Below are positions 10,827 to 21,650 of a stretch of DNA of 64,000 nt, in pieces. Each line of letters starts with the position of its first letter. The stretch's first letter is position 1. This DNA is from Vulcanimicrobiota bacterium (GTDB lineage Bacteria > Vulcanimicrobiota > Vulcanimicrobiia > Vulcanimicrobiales > Vulcanimicrobiaceae), in the NCBI GenBank assembly GCA_963833095.1, contig CAWHWQ010000001.1, forward strand, positions 256,001 to 320,000. The letters run 5' to 3'. Below the pieces are notes generated by a model. The model did no database searches. It saw nothing but the letters and a program-made list of their open reading frames with translations, and was not told the origin of the DNA. The translations under genes were made by a program, and so were the position numbers.

Positions 10827-12263
10827 ATGCCGTTGATTGCGCAGGCGTTTGGATTTTTATTGCTCGCCGCGGCGGTGCCGATGCAGGCGATTACGCCGCA
10901 GATGGCCTCACACATCGATGCTGCCGTGAACGACGCCCTGGTCCGTCAGCACGTAGCCGCAGCCTCGCTCGCGATCGTTGAAAATGGCGCGGTCGTCTAC
11001 GCGAAAGGCTACGGCACGCGAGAAATCACTTCCGGCGCAGCAGCAGACGCGCAAACCGTCTATCCCATCGGCTCGAATACCAAGCAATTCACGGCTGCGG
11101 CTATCTTGCTGTTGCAAGAGCGAGGCCGCCTAGACATTCACGATCTGCTCGCAAAGTATCTGCCGGACGCTCCCCACGCAAACGAGATTACGATACAGGA
11201 ACTCCTCGAACAAGTCTCTGGTTTAGCGGATTACACGCAAACGGCCCAGTACGGTAAGGACTTTTCAAACGAAGTCACGCCCCAGCAGATACTCGCCACG
11301 ATAGAAAAATCGCCGCTCGCGTTCAGGCCCGGAACCGCCTGGCAATATTCAAATACAAATTACCTTCTGCTCTCAATGGTAATCGCGAAAGCTTCCGGCG
11401 AGCCGTATCAGCGTTTCATCATCGACAATCTGTTGAAGCCGGTCGAGCTGACCACCGCAGATTTCGATTCCTATACAAGAACCTATCCCGACGAGGCGCG
11501 CGGCTATACGTCGTTCGCTATGGGCGCGCTTCACGACGCGGATCACGACGATTACAGCTGGTTTCAGGGAGCTGGAGACCTTATGATGAGCGCTAACGAT
11601 CTTGCGCGTTGGACGATTGCGCTCGATTCCGGCAAAGTCGTCTCTGCCGCATCCTTCGAAGAAATGTCGACGCCCAAGCAGCTGTCAGACGGAACGACGA
11701 CGGGTTACGGATATGGATTGAGCGCCGGCAATAGCTTTCTCGGCCACGAGCTCGTCGGACACCTCGGCGGTCTTGCCGGCTTCGTTAGTGAGGATTTCAC
11801 GGTCCCCACCGAAAACTTCGCCGTGGTCCTCCTCGCAAACGGTGATACCTTCAATCCCGTTCCAATTACGCACGATATCGTGGCCACGCTCTACGGTCAG
11901 CCGCTTCCCCACACTCCCGAGAAAATCTTGACGGAAACAAGCGCTGAGGAGTCGCAGGCAAGAACATGGTTAGGTCGCGCATTCTTAGGCGACATCGATA
12001 CGACGAACGCGACGCCCGACTTTATGGCGTGGGTAATGCGGACCCGGCAAGCGCAGGCCTCAACGCAGGCAGACTTGCGGGAATTGGGCGATAGGCTCGG
12101 CGCGCCGGAGGCATTTGCTTTGGTGAGTCGCCAGGGTCCGCCCGGCGTGAGCGCCTTTGACTACCACGTGACCTTTGCGCATAATGAAATCGACTTTCAG
12201 TACGCGCTCCGTCCGTCGGGCCGGCTCGATTATCTGAATTTTGCGCCAGTGTACGATTACTGA
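10827..12263 (+). CDS. Secreted serine hydrolase, beta-lactamase class C/AmpC-like family
   Basis: Signal peptide, SxxK (GSNTK), YSN, HLGG. Confidence 0.88.
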   Translation: MPLIAQAFGFLLLAAAVPMQAITPQMASHIDAAVNDALVRQHVAAASLAIVENGAVVYAKGYGTREITSGAAADAQTVYPIGSNTKQFTAAAILLLQERGRLDIHDLLAKYLPDAPHANEITIQELLEQVSGLADYTQTAQYGKDFSNEVTPQQILATIEKSPLAFRPGTAWQYSNTNYLLLSMVIAKASGEPYQRFIIDNLLKPVELTTADFDSYTRTYPDEARGYTSFAMGALHDADHDDYSWFQGAGDLMMSANDLARWTIALDSGKVVSAASFEEMSTPKQLSDGTTTGYGYGLSAGNSFLGHELVGHLGGLAGFVSEDFTVPTENFAVVLLANGDTFNPVPITHDIVATLYGQPLPHTPEKILTETSAEESQARTWLGRAFLGDIDTTNATPDFMAWVMRTRQAQASTQADLRELGDRLGAPEAFALVSRQGPPGVSAFDYHVTFAHNEIDFQYALRPSGRLDYLNFAPVYDY

Positions 12264-12381
12264 CGACTGCGAGAGTTGAGGCGGTTCAGCTCTCTTCCGT
12301 ATAAGATAGCCATGCGTTCGGAGAGCTTTGCGTAGGTCAGCGCCGAGAGGCGGCGCGAACGGGCTGGTTTCTTGACGACGA

Positions 12382-14111
12382 TCATGGTGTGAGCGCTCCT
12401 TGTCCCAGCGTACCGAGCGAAACATTGTTCTGGCTCAGAATCGAGCCGTCGACACGCTGCAGTTCGACGACAGCCTTGTTGAGGTCGGTCTGCGCCTGGA
12501 GTTCGAGCCCCTCGTTCTGCACGAATTCCACCTGGCGTTGACTGATTAAAAACGTGGTCGACTCACCGTTATGGAACTTGCGTTCTTCGCTCGCGAGCAC
12601 TTGCGCCGAGGCCTCGCGCGCTTGGCGCGCTGCGAAGAGGCGCGCGAGCGCGGCTTGATAGGCTTGCACTGCGTTACGCACTTCGTACTGAATGCGTTCT
12701 GCCGTGCCGAGTTTTTGCACTGCGGCGATGTGCGCTTGCTCATCGGCAACGCCGAGCGCGCCTTTGGCGGTGTTGTTGCCGATCGGCAACGAGACTTGAA
12801 TACCGGCAGAATACGTCGAGAAACGGGACGAGTTGGCGAACGCTTGGCCGTATGTGCCGTCGTAGTACGGTGGCGGCGTCGCCGACCCGAATACCCCACC
12901 CAGGGGCGGCAACGCATTGCCCGCAAAGCCGTTGCCGTTGTAGGTCAACTGCAAGTCGGCTTGCGGTAACATTTGATTCTTGGCATACGCGCGGTTCACG
13001 TCGGCCTGCTTCTGCGCATCGATCGCTTGGCGAACTTCGGGCCGATTCTGCATTGCCGTCGCGAGCAGCGAGGCTACCGAGGGCGTCTGCGGCAACGATA
13101 AGACCGCTGAGGTCGGAACGAGATTCGCCGCCCAGATCGGATCGCCCGGATCGGTGACGATCAGGCTCTTGAGCTGATTTTGCAGCTCGGAGACGGTCTG
13201 CAGCGCCGAAAAGACGTTTTGTGAAGATCGCAACTTGCGTCGAGGATTCGACGGCGTCGATCGGCGCGGCGGCGCCCGTGTTTGGCTTGGCGAACGTTGC
13301 TCTGCTGCTGCAGCACGCTTCTTTGAGCGCGTCCTCTTGAATCGCGACGTTGCGCCAGGCGGCGACCAGATTCCAGTACGCGTCTTCCACACTGCGAGAT
13401 CGTGTGTCGGACCGTCGCCAGCGTCTGGGCCTGCGTCGCGTCGGTGTTGACGATCGCGAGCTTGAAGCTGCCGCTTATCGTCGTTCATCCGAAGTTCTTG
13501 AGCAGCGGCTGCGTCACCGAGACGTTGAACGAGCCGAGATAGTATGGGTTGAACGTGTTGATGTAGGTGTTATCGTTCACCTTGGTCTGCGAGACGCCGA
13601 CATTGTACTGCGTGCCGGTTTCGGTCTGGCCTTGACGCCGGCTTCGTGCGTCTGGTAGTTTTGCACGATCGGCTGAAAGTCGGTGCCGCCCGCGAAAAAG
13701 GCGTTGAGCGGCGGCGTTCGTGTCATGCTTGACGACGGCTCGACGAAGAAGCGAACGTCGAAAGCGCCCTTGGCTTGCTGCATTTGATAGCGCGCGACGC
13801 GCATGTTCGAAGCCGAGACGGCAAGATTCGGATTCCTCAGCAGCGCCATGCCGATCGCGTCCTAGAGCGCGATGCCGACGAACGGCTGCTGCGTGACGCC
13901 GACGATGTCTGCCGCGGTCGGCGCGTACGTCCGGCGCTTCATAGCCGGGCGCGACGCTCGGGACCGGCGGCAGGATCGGCGATGGGACCGGCGTCGGGAC
14001 CGTCGCGTGCGCCGGAACGTCTGCGCGTCTGGCCGGCGCCGCGAGAACGGCGGCCGCTGCGATGACCGGCGACCGAGCGCAAGGGAACGAGAGACGTACG
14101 AAGTCGTTCAC
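12382..14111 (-). CDS. TolC-family outer membrane efflux protein (several frameshifts)
   Basis: TolC-like segments across frames: MALLRNPNLAVS, VTQPLLKNFG, EDAYWNLVAAWRNV, NRPE, SEERKFHNGESTTFL. Confidence 0.8.
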
Positions 14112-14121
14112 GATACGCTCC

Positions 14122-15661
14122 TTATTCGACCGCGACCGCGCCGAGGCGCGGCTTATTGAGCAATAGGACGAGCGGAGCGAGCAGGATCGTAATCACCGCC
14201 AGGGCTCGCGACGTGTCGGCGTAAGATTGAGACCAGCGCTTGGCCGGCGACGATTCCCTCGAGATTGGCAAGCGCGGTTGTCGACCGGGCGCCGCCGTTC
14301 TCCTGCAGATAGATGCGCCGTCGGCTGCGTGCTGCAGGTCTGACGCTGGCGCAAGTTCGGTCTGATGCGCCGTCGTACCGCGCACGAGCAGCGTGACCAG
14401 CACGGCGGTCGCGATGCTGCCGCCGACTTGCCGCGACAGGTTGAAGAACGCCGAGGTGGACGGGCACTTCCTTATCGGGCACGCCGCCGAGCACGGCGAT
14501 CGAGAGCGGCACGAAGATCTGCGAAAGGCCGATGCCGCTGATGACCAAGCAGACGATGAACGTTCCGAACTCCGATTGCGGCGTCGTAATGCCGGCCAGA
14601 ATCCAGTTCGAGACGCCAGCAGCACGAAGCCGATCGCCGTCGAGATGCGCACGTCGATCGTGCCGCGGCCGGCCAGCATCGCGGTGATCGGCGTGAAGAG
14701 CATCACCGCCGCCGCGCGCACCAGAATCGTCAGGCCCGAGAGCGTCGCCGTGAAGCCGAGCGAGTTCTGCAGGTACTGCGGTAAGACGAGAATCGATCCG
14801 TAGAGGCTCACACCCAGCACCGCCGCCGAGCAAACTCCCCGCCGCAGACTTGCCGCAGTCGCAGCACGTGCAGATCGACGACCGGAATCGCCGACTTCAG
14901 CGTCCACCACACGAACGCCGCCGAGCCCGGCGACCGCGAGCGCGGTGAACAGCCGAATGTTGCCGTCGTCGAACCAGTCGTATTGCTGCCCTTGGTCGAG
15001 CACGTACTGCATCGATCCGAGGCCGAGCGCCAGCAAGCCGAGGCCGATCCAATCGAGCTTGCGATCGTGCTGCGGCTCTGATGGGATTGCGCAAGTACAT
15101 CCAGATCAGCGTGGCGGCGACGATGCCGACCGGAAGGTTGATGAAGAATGCCCAGCGCCACGTGAAGTTGTCGGTGATCCAGCCGCCCAGCACCGGGCCG
15201 AGCGCCGGCCCGACGATGACGCCCATCGCGAAGATGCCTTGCGCTTTGCCCTGCTCTTGCAGCGTGTACGTGTCGCGCAGGATCGCCTGCGACGTCGAGA
15301 TCAACCCGCCGCCGCCCAGACCTTGCACGATGCGCCAGAAGACCAGCGAGCCGAAGCGTCGGCGCGAGGCCGCACATCAGCGAGGCGATCGTGAAGATGA
15401 CGATCGATGCGAAGAAGTACTGTCGCCGCCCGAAGCGCGCGGCCAGCCACGGCGTGATCGGGATGACGATCACGTTGGCGATGATGTACCCCGTGACGAT
15501 CCACGCGCCTTGATCGACCGCCACGCCGAAATTGCCTTGAATGTTCGGCAGCGCGACGTTGACGATCGTGGTGTCGATGATCTCGAGCAGCGTCGCGGCG
15601 ATCACCGCGACGCTCACGATGACCCTGCGCAGGCCGTGCTCGACGACGCACGGTCTTGCAT
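14122..15661 (-). CDS. DHA2 (EmrB/QacA) MFS efflux permease (frameshifted)
   Basis: [62 protein letters not shown] in successive frames. Confidence 0.85.
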
Positions 15662-15737
15662 GACAACTCCGCTGGAGGTTACACGGCCGCGGATCGGCCG
15701 AGGCCGACGCGACAGATTGACCGAAGGTGAATCCACG

Positions 15738-16988
15738 CTAGTGAACTTTCACGTTCGCTTCGACCGACATACCCGGGCCGCAGCGGCATGTCCGCGCTCT
15801 GGTCGTCGACCGAGATGCGCACGGGAATGCGCTGCGTGACCTTCACGAAGTTTCCGGTCGCATTCTGCGCCGGAACCAGCGCATAGGTGTTCTGCGACGC
15901 CGGATTGATCGAGATCACGTGCCCGTGGAACGTCGTGCCCTTGTACGCGTCACACGTGATGTCGGCCGGCTGGCCGACCTTGATGCCGCCCATCTGCGTT
16001 TCTTTGAAGTTCGCCGTAATGTAGATGCGGTGCGTGCGGAATGAGCGTCATCACGTCATGCCGGCGGAGACCGACTGACCGATCTCGGCGTTCTTCTCGC
16101 CGACGAAACCGTCGATCGGCGAATAGATGTGCGTGTACGCGAGATTCTGCTTCGCAATCGAGTTGCGCTTTGGCCGACTCGACTTGGCTCGGATCGCTGG
16201 CTTGGTCGAGTTTGCCTTGCGCGGTGGTCGCGCCGCCTTGCGCCGCCGGGACGCCGGCTTGCGCCGCCGCGAGCTCGCTGCGCCGCGTCGTAGTTTGCTT
16301 GGGCGACGTTGATTTGATCTGCGCGTCGCTGGAAGTTGCGCGACGCCGCGGCCTGCTCGGAGCGGATCGCGTCGAGCTGCTGCGCCGGCACGTCGCCGGT
16401 CGCGACCAGCGATAGCGTGCGCGAGTAGTCGGCCTGCGCCTTCTGTAACGCTGCCTGCGCTGCCGGAAGCAGCGCCTGCGCCGAGCGCACCTGCGCGTCG
16501 GCCTGCGCGACGCCGGACGCGCGACGGGAACCTGCGCTTGGCGCATCGGCGATGTTGCCGGAGGCTTGCGTCACGCCGCCTTGATTCTGCAGCGTGTTCG
16601 TCCGCTGATTGGCGACCGCGAGATCGTACTGCGCCTGCGCTGCTGCGGACCTGGCGCGCTCGTCCTTGTCGTCGAAAACGACCAACAGCTGGCCTTTGTG
16701 GACCTGCTGGTTGGTGTCGACGAGAATCTGGTTGATGCGCTCGGGGATTTTGCTGGTGATGGCGACCGGTCGGCGTCGACGCGCGCATCGTCGGTCCCCT
16801 GGTGAACGAGTGCGTAGAGCAACCACGGGATGCCCCAAAAGATCAGGAGCACCGCGACGATCGCCCCGAGCGCGCCGAAGATGACGCGCTTGCGGGGACC
16901 CTTGCGCTCTTGGATGTCGGTCACTGGTTCGGCTGGGCCGTTCGCGATGCGTTGGCCACGGCTGCCGCTGGTCCTCGCGCGTTTCCAT
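15738..16988 (-). CDS. HlyD/EmrA membrane-fusion protein (frameshifted)
   Basis: TM helix followed by TDDA, YTHIYSPIDG, PAQNATGNFVKVTQRIPVRI, LRPGMSVEANVKVH*. Confidence 0.87.
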
Positions 16989-17604
16989 TTACTTTTCTCC
17001 TTACGCCGTTGAGAAAGACGTCGATGATATAGGCGCAGTGCGTAGTCTGAATCCGAGAACATCCGGCTATCCGGAAACTTACCGCGCGCCATGACTCGTG
17101 CAAAGGTGATACCCATAAAGAACTCGCTAGTTTCTCGGGGTTGCCGTGCAGGGTCCCGTCCCCGACCTTTTTCTCCATGAAGTCGACCACGGCCGACCGG
17201 ACGGCGGTCTGCGGCCGCCAGGTCTCGCGAGCGAAGACGCTGTTCTCGTAGTCGGTCTCGACCAGGGACCAACGGATCATGTCGCTCATGGACTCCATGT
17301 GGTCGTTCATCGATTTTGCGATCGCAAGAGAGCTGGTGCTCTACCGGCCCCGCCAGCGTACCGATCGAATCGCGCAGTTCGCCGTCGGGGCACAAGCGCT
17401 TGCGCGCACGGCGATGATCAGCGCGTCCTTATTTCCGAAATGACGAAAGAGCGTTGCCTCGTTTACGCCGGCGACGTCTGCGATTTCTCGCGTCGTTGCG
17501 CCGCGTTTGCCCTTGCGCTTGATAACGTCACGCGCCGCGAGAACGATGCGATCGCGCGTCTCTTCCGGAGCAGCTTTTTCCGTCTGCTTTTGAGCTTCGA
17601 TCAT
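16921..17604 (-). CDS. TetR/AcrR regulator (frameshifted; 3' end uncertain)
   Basis: HTH GATTREIADVAGVNEATLFRHFGNK. C-terminal IIDVFLNGV lies in another frame. Confidence 0.85.
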
Positions 17605-18301
17605 GGCTGCTTCCTAAATACCGCGTCGTTTACGGCGACGTTGGTTTGATAGGAATCGTAAATCGAGTCGCCCGTAAACCCGATGCGGCGATGTCCTTCG
17701 AAGTGCTGGCGTACGACAACGCTAAAACCGTCTTCCGTGCCATAGTACTGCTTCATCACGATGGCATCGCCGTTCGTGTAGTGCCAATCCATCTCGACGA
17801 GCTCGTAGGTAGCGGGATCGACATAGACGGTCGTGTCCTTGATCTGATCGCTGTAAATTTTCTTGGTCAGCACGAGCACGATCATCGGATGGCCGTCGAG
17901 CGGCCGGATGCCGTCGAGCTTGATGTTCGAGTTTTTTCCCATCCGGTGGGGTCGCCCACGTCGGTGGAAAGTTTTTGAATGTCCTTTAGCGAGCCTGCGC
18001 ACAGGCCGGAGATCGGATTCAGTTCCACGGCAAAACTTCCGGGACGCTTGTAGTAGGCCGTGCCGTCCGTGCGCAGGCTGCACAGCGGAATCGAAGGACG
18101 AGCGCTAACATGTACGTGCGCCGTGTACGAGCTCAGCCCCGCGTTGCGCGAGAGCATGCGCTCCACAACCGCATTCGCATCCTCGGGCGCCGCTTGGATC
18201 GCAGCCGAAGCCGGTGCGACGCTCGGTGCTGTATTTTGGGCAATCGCACCAACCGATGCGCCGGCCATGGCCGCGACCATCGCAAAAGCTCGCAGAATCA
18301 C
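17601..18301 (-). CDS. Secreted hypothetical protein, possibly LolA-like fold (frameshifted)
   Basis: Signal peptide, RNAGLSSYTAHV, TVYVDPATYEL, YDSYQTNVAVNDAVF. 4-bp overlaps with both neighbours. Confidence 0.6.
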
Positions 18302-18579
18302 GCTGCAAGCCCAACCATCGGAAAGAGCCGGTCGAGCGCCATCACCGAGAGCGAGCGCAGCAGTTCCGGCCGGGTCACTTTGAGGGCGACCTCGCCGCCG
18401 ACTTCGCGCGATCGGCGAAGCAGCGTGATGAGGCCGCGGACGCCTTCGGTATCGAGCCGTACGAGCTTATCGAGATCGAGAACGACCCGCGGGGCGCCCT
18501 CTTCGAAGGCGGCCAGCGTTTCACGGGTGATGGCCTCGAGCGATTCGGGGCGATAATTGATGGTCAGCGGGGTCAGCAT
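18298..18579 (-). CDS. STAS-domain protein (anti-sigma factor antagonist-like)
   Basis: RVVLDLDKLVRLDTEGVRGLITLLRR...LDRLFP STAS pattern, 93 aa from ATG 18579. Confidence 0.8.
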   Translation of the reverse strand: MLTPLTINYRPESLEAITRETLAAFEEGAPRVVLDLDKLVRLDTEGVRGLITLLRRSREVGGEVALKVTRPELLRSLSVMALDRLFPMVGLAA

Positions 18580-18603
18580 GGTATCTGCGCTTGTGTTCCT
18601 TAA

Positions 18604-18669
18604 TGCAAGTGGGTACTTGCACGCAAAGAATACCACGAGGGCCACGTTGCGTGCAAGTACCCACTTGCG
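18604..18669. promoter_or_regulatory. Two palindromic operators (TGCAAGT-N4-ACTTGC[A/G]) inside a perfect 22-bp inverted repeat around a minus-strand promoter
   Basis: Arms 18605-18626 and 18647-18668 are exact reverse complements. Minus strand reads TTGCAC-18-TATTCT with an extended TG. Confidence 0.8.
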
Positions 18670-18730
18670 CAACGTCGCCTTTCGCATTTTTCCCTCGCGC
18701 CGCTCCGGGGAAGGCCGCCGAGCCGGGGCC

Positions 18731-19150
18731 TTAGGTTGAGGCCGGGGAAGGCTCTGCGCCCTCCATGGCGCCACCCATGGCACGGTGGTGGCGATACTTA
18801 CCCGAGGCCTTATGGTAACCGGCCGCCACCGCCGCCGACGGGCACATGTATGACCCGTGCTTCGTCCGGCCGTAAAGCGGATCGGCAGGCTCGTGATAGG
18901 TGTGCGAGCGCTGATTCACCCAGACCGGTTGGACGGCACCGCAATTAAGGCCGGACGGTACAGGTGCGGCTACCCCGCCGCCCATGGACCCGGGCGACGC
19001 GGCGCTCATCGCGCCCGGCGATACGACGCTCATGGCGGCGGCGCTGGAGGACGGTTCCGCGCTGCTCGAACTCTGACTCCCACCGCCCCCGCCGCATGCA
19101 GCTAAGGCGGTGATGAGGAGCGCGCATACGAGTTGGTTACGCGATGACAC
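18731..19150 (-). CDS. Putative lipoprotein with a Ser/Ala-rich linker and a small C-terminal domain
   Basis: Lipobox LAAC. C-terminal VWVNQRSHTYH...YGRTKHGSYMC...AAGYH. Start uncertain. Confidence 0.7.
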   Translation of the reverse strand: MSSRNQLVCALLITALAACGGGGGSQSSSSAEPSSSAAAMSVVSPGAMSAASPGSMGGGVAAPVPSGLNCGAVQPVWVNQRSHTYHEPADPLYGRTKHGSYMCPSAAVAAGYHKASGKYRHHRAMGGAMEGAEPSPAST

Positions 19151-20435
19151 GATTCGCAATCTCCTTGAGCTTCACGCGCGCATGTTGCGCGATAGGTGAT
19201 GGTTCACCGCTGTAGACTCGGGCTCCGTTGACAAATGCTGCCTGCACCCACGCATCCTGCGCGCGGTAGACGATCGCTTGCACCTCGGGCGTCCACGGAT
19301 CGATATTCGAAGCGTCGAGTACGAGATAGTCCGCCGCGTAGCCCGCGATGAGGTCTCCGGTCATAAGGCCCAGCGCGCGCGCGCCTTGCGCCGTCGCCAG
19401 ATCGAATGCCGCGCGCGCACCGAAAGCGCTCCCGTCGAGGCGCGCGATCTTTTGTAACAGTGTTGCCGCGCGCATCTCGTCGATCAGCGAGGGCTTCACA
19501 TCTGCATCAGTGCCTAAACCCATCGTCACCCCGAGCGCTTGCAAACCGCCGGCATCGCAGATTCCGTCGCCCAGATATTGGTTGGTCATCGGGTTGTGGA
19601 TCACACGCGCGCCGCGCTCCGCGAGTAGTCGCTTTTCTTCCTGGGTGATGTGAATTGCATGAATCGCGATCGTCCGGTGGTCGAGCGCGCCGAGCTGATC
19701 GAGAAGCGCGATCGGGGTCGCACCATAGCGCTCGAGGGTTTGATCGCCTTCATAGGCAGCCTCGGCGACGTGAACGTGCAGCATACAATCGTACGACCGA
19801 GCGAAATCGGCGGCCGCGCGAATCATCGCCTGCGACGCCGCGTGGAGCGAGTGCGGCGCGACGCACACATTTGCCCAGGGATACCGCTCGATCAAGTCGA
19901 GCGTGCGCGATTGGGCGACGTCGATACTCTCGCGAAACTGAGGCGGTGCATATTCGGCGTCCATCCACGTGCGCGCGAAGATCAGGCGAATGCCCGTTTC
20001 TTGGGCAGCCGCGATTGCGGCCTCGGCGTGCGCGTTCCCTGCTCCGTTGAGATAAAAGAACTCCGCAACCGAGGTAATGCCAGCCGCGAGCATTTCGCTA
20101 AAGGCGGCGATGAACGTCCAGTAGACGTCATCGGGAGTGAGCTGCGGAACGACCTTGTAGAGCGCGTCGCTGCGCCAACGCTCAAAGGTCCAATCGTCGG
20201 CCCAACCGCGCAGCAAGATCTGATATGCGTGACTATGCCCATTGATGAATCCCGGCACGATCAAGCGGTCTTCGGGAAATGCGCGGGCGGGGAGATCGTC
20301 TGCGTGCTCGCGGATCACCGCAAAGTCCCCTGCGTATTCGATCGTACCCTTGCGAATGACCATGGCGTAGTCGCGGCGCAACTCGCCGCCCACTAGGGCG
20401 CGAGCGCAGCGCACGAACTCGCTTGCGGCCTTCAC
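19137..20435 (-). CDS. Amidohydrolase, probable formimidoylglutamate deiminase (HutF-like)
   Basis: NGHSHAYQ, VAEFFYL, APHSL, HVHVAE, LGTD. GTG overlaps the hutI stop. Confidence 0.72.
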   Translation of the reverse strand: MKAASEFVRCARALVGGELRRDYAMVIRKGTIEYAGDFAVIREHADDLPARAFPEDRLIVPGFINGHSHAYQILLRGWADDWTFERWRSDALYKVVPQLTPDDVYWTFIAAFSEMLAAGITSVAEFFYLNGAGNAHAEAAIAAAQETGIRLIFARTWMDAEYAPPQFRESIDVAQSRTLDLIERYPWANVCVAPHSLHAASQAMIRAAADFARSYDCMLHVHVAEAAYEGDQTLERYGATPIALLDQLGALDHRTIAIHAIHITQEEKRLLAERGARVIHNPMTNQYLGDGICDAGGLQALGVTMGLGTDADVKPSLIDEMRAATLLQKIARLDGSAFGARAAFDLATAQGARALGLMTGDLIAGYAADYLVLDASNIDPWTPEVQAIVYRAQDAWVQAAFVNGARVYSGEPSPIAQHARVKLKEIANRVIA

Positions 20436-21649
20436 TTGAAGAGCTCGCCGCGATGCACGACCGCACGAGCGAGGTTGGCGCCGAACTGCCAGCCGAATTC
20501 GTCCGGCGAGTCGATCTGCAACGCGACAAAGTCGGCGCGTGCGCCAAGGCGTATCACGCCGGCATCCCTGCGCAACGAGCGCGCTGCCGCGCGTGTCACC
20601 CCGTACAGCGCTTCGGCGGCGGTCAATCCAAAGAGCGCCCGCCCGAAATAGGCGACCGTCTGAAGATTGAAGCACGGCGACGTACCAGGATTATAATCGC
20701 TCGCGAGCGCAACGTCGGCGCCGCGTTCGAGCAGCGCTCGCACCGGAGCTTTCTGCGCCAGCCCAAGATAGGCGATCGTGGCGGGGCACGCGACGGTCAC
20801 GATGCCGGCGTCGGCGATTGCGCGCACATCCTCGTCGCGAATACAGTTGCAGTGATCGACCGCGTCGACGCCAACCTCGACCGCCATCTCTGCCGCCGCG
20901 CCGAACGCCATCTCGTCGCAGTGGACGCGCAGACGCATCCCCGCCTCCGCGCATGCTTGTAAATACCGGCGCGTCTGTGCCGGTGAAAAGAATCCCGGTT
21001 CGCAAAAGGCATCAGCGTAGACGGCGCCATGGGCAACCGCGGTGGGGATCACCTGATCGATCAAGTAATCCACGTAGGCTTCTTCGCGCGTAAACTCCGG
21101 AGGTAGCGCGTGCGCGCCGAGAAATGTCGCGACCAAGTGGGGCACACCCGGATCGTCGCGATGGCGTGCGATCAGGTCGAGCAACGTATCCTCGCCGGGC
21201 TTATGCAACGCGTACCCGGTCTTGGTCTCGAGCGTCGTCGTCCCATGCGCAAGCATCGCGCCCAATCTGGGTCGCACGACGTCGTCGTAAAAGGCGTTGG
21301 GCTCGAGCAGCGCGTCCCGCGTATGCTCGACCGTGTAGAGCATACCGAGGGCCGGCTTTTCGCCGCGCAGGCGCGAAGCAAAGTCGGGCTCGCGATCGCC
21401 GGCGAAGAGCGGGTGCGCATGCGCATCCACAAAGCCCGGCACGATCACGGAGTCGCGCAGATCCAGCTCCTCGATATTACCGCGCAACGAACGTTCGACC
21501 TCGGCGCGCGGGCCCACCGCGGCGATACGCTCGCCATCGATGATGAGCGCGGCATCGTCGATGCGTCCGAGATCCTCGAACGTGACACCGTTCTGCGCGA
21601 CGTCGCCGTCGCACGTTACGATCGTCCTCGCGCGGACGAGCGTCAGCAC
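20432..21649 (-). CDS. hutI: Imidazolonepropionase
   Basis: PGFVDAHAHPLFAGDR, GTTTLETKTGY, FLGAHA, DAFCE, ASDYNPG. Confidence 0.95.
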   Translation of the reverse strand: MLTLVRARTIVTCDGDVAQNGVTFEDLGRIDDAALIIDGERIAAVGPRAEVERSLRGNIEELDLRDSVIVPGFVDAHAHPLFAGDREPDFASRLRGEKPALGMLYTVEHTRDALLEPNAFYDDVVRPRLGAMLAHGTTTLETKTGYALHKPGEDTLLDLIARHRDDPGVPHLVATFLGAHALPPEFTREEAYVDYLIDQVIPTAVAHGAVYADAFCEPGFFSPAQTRRYLQACAEAGMRLRVHCDEMAFGAAAEMAVEVGVDAVDHCNCIRDEDVRAIADAGIVTVACPATIAYLGLAQKAPVRALLERGADVALASDYNPGTSPCFNLQTVAYFGRALFGLTAAEALYGVTRAAARSLRRDAGVIRLGARADFVALQIDSPDEFGWQFGANLARAVVHRGELFK

Positions 21650-21650
21650 G

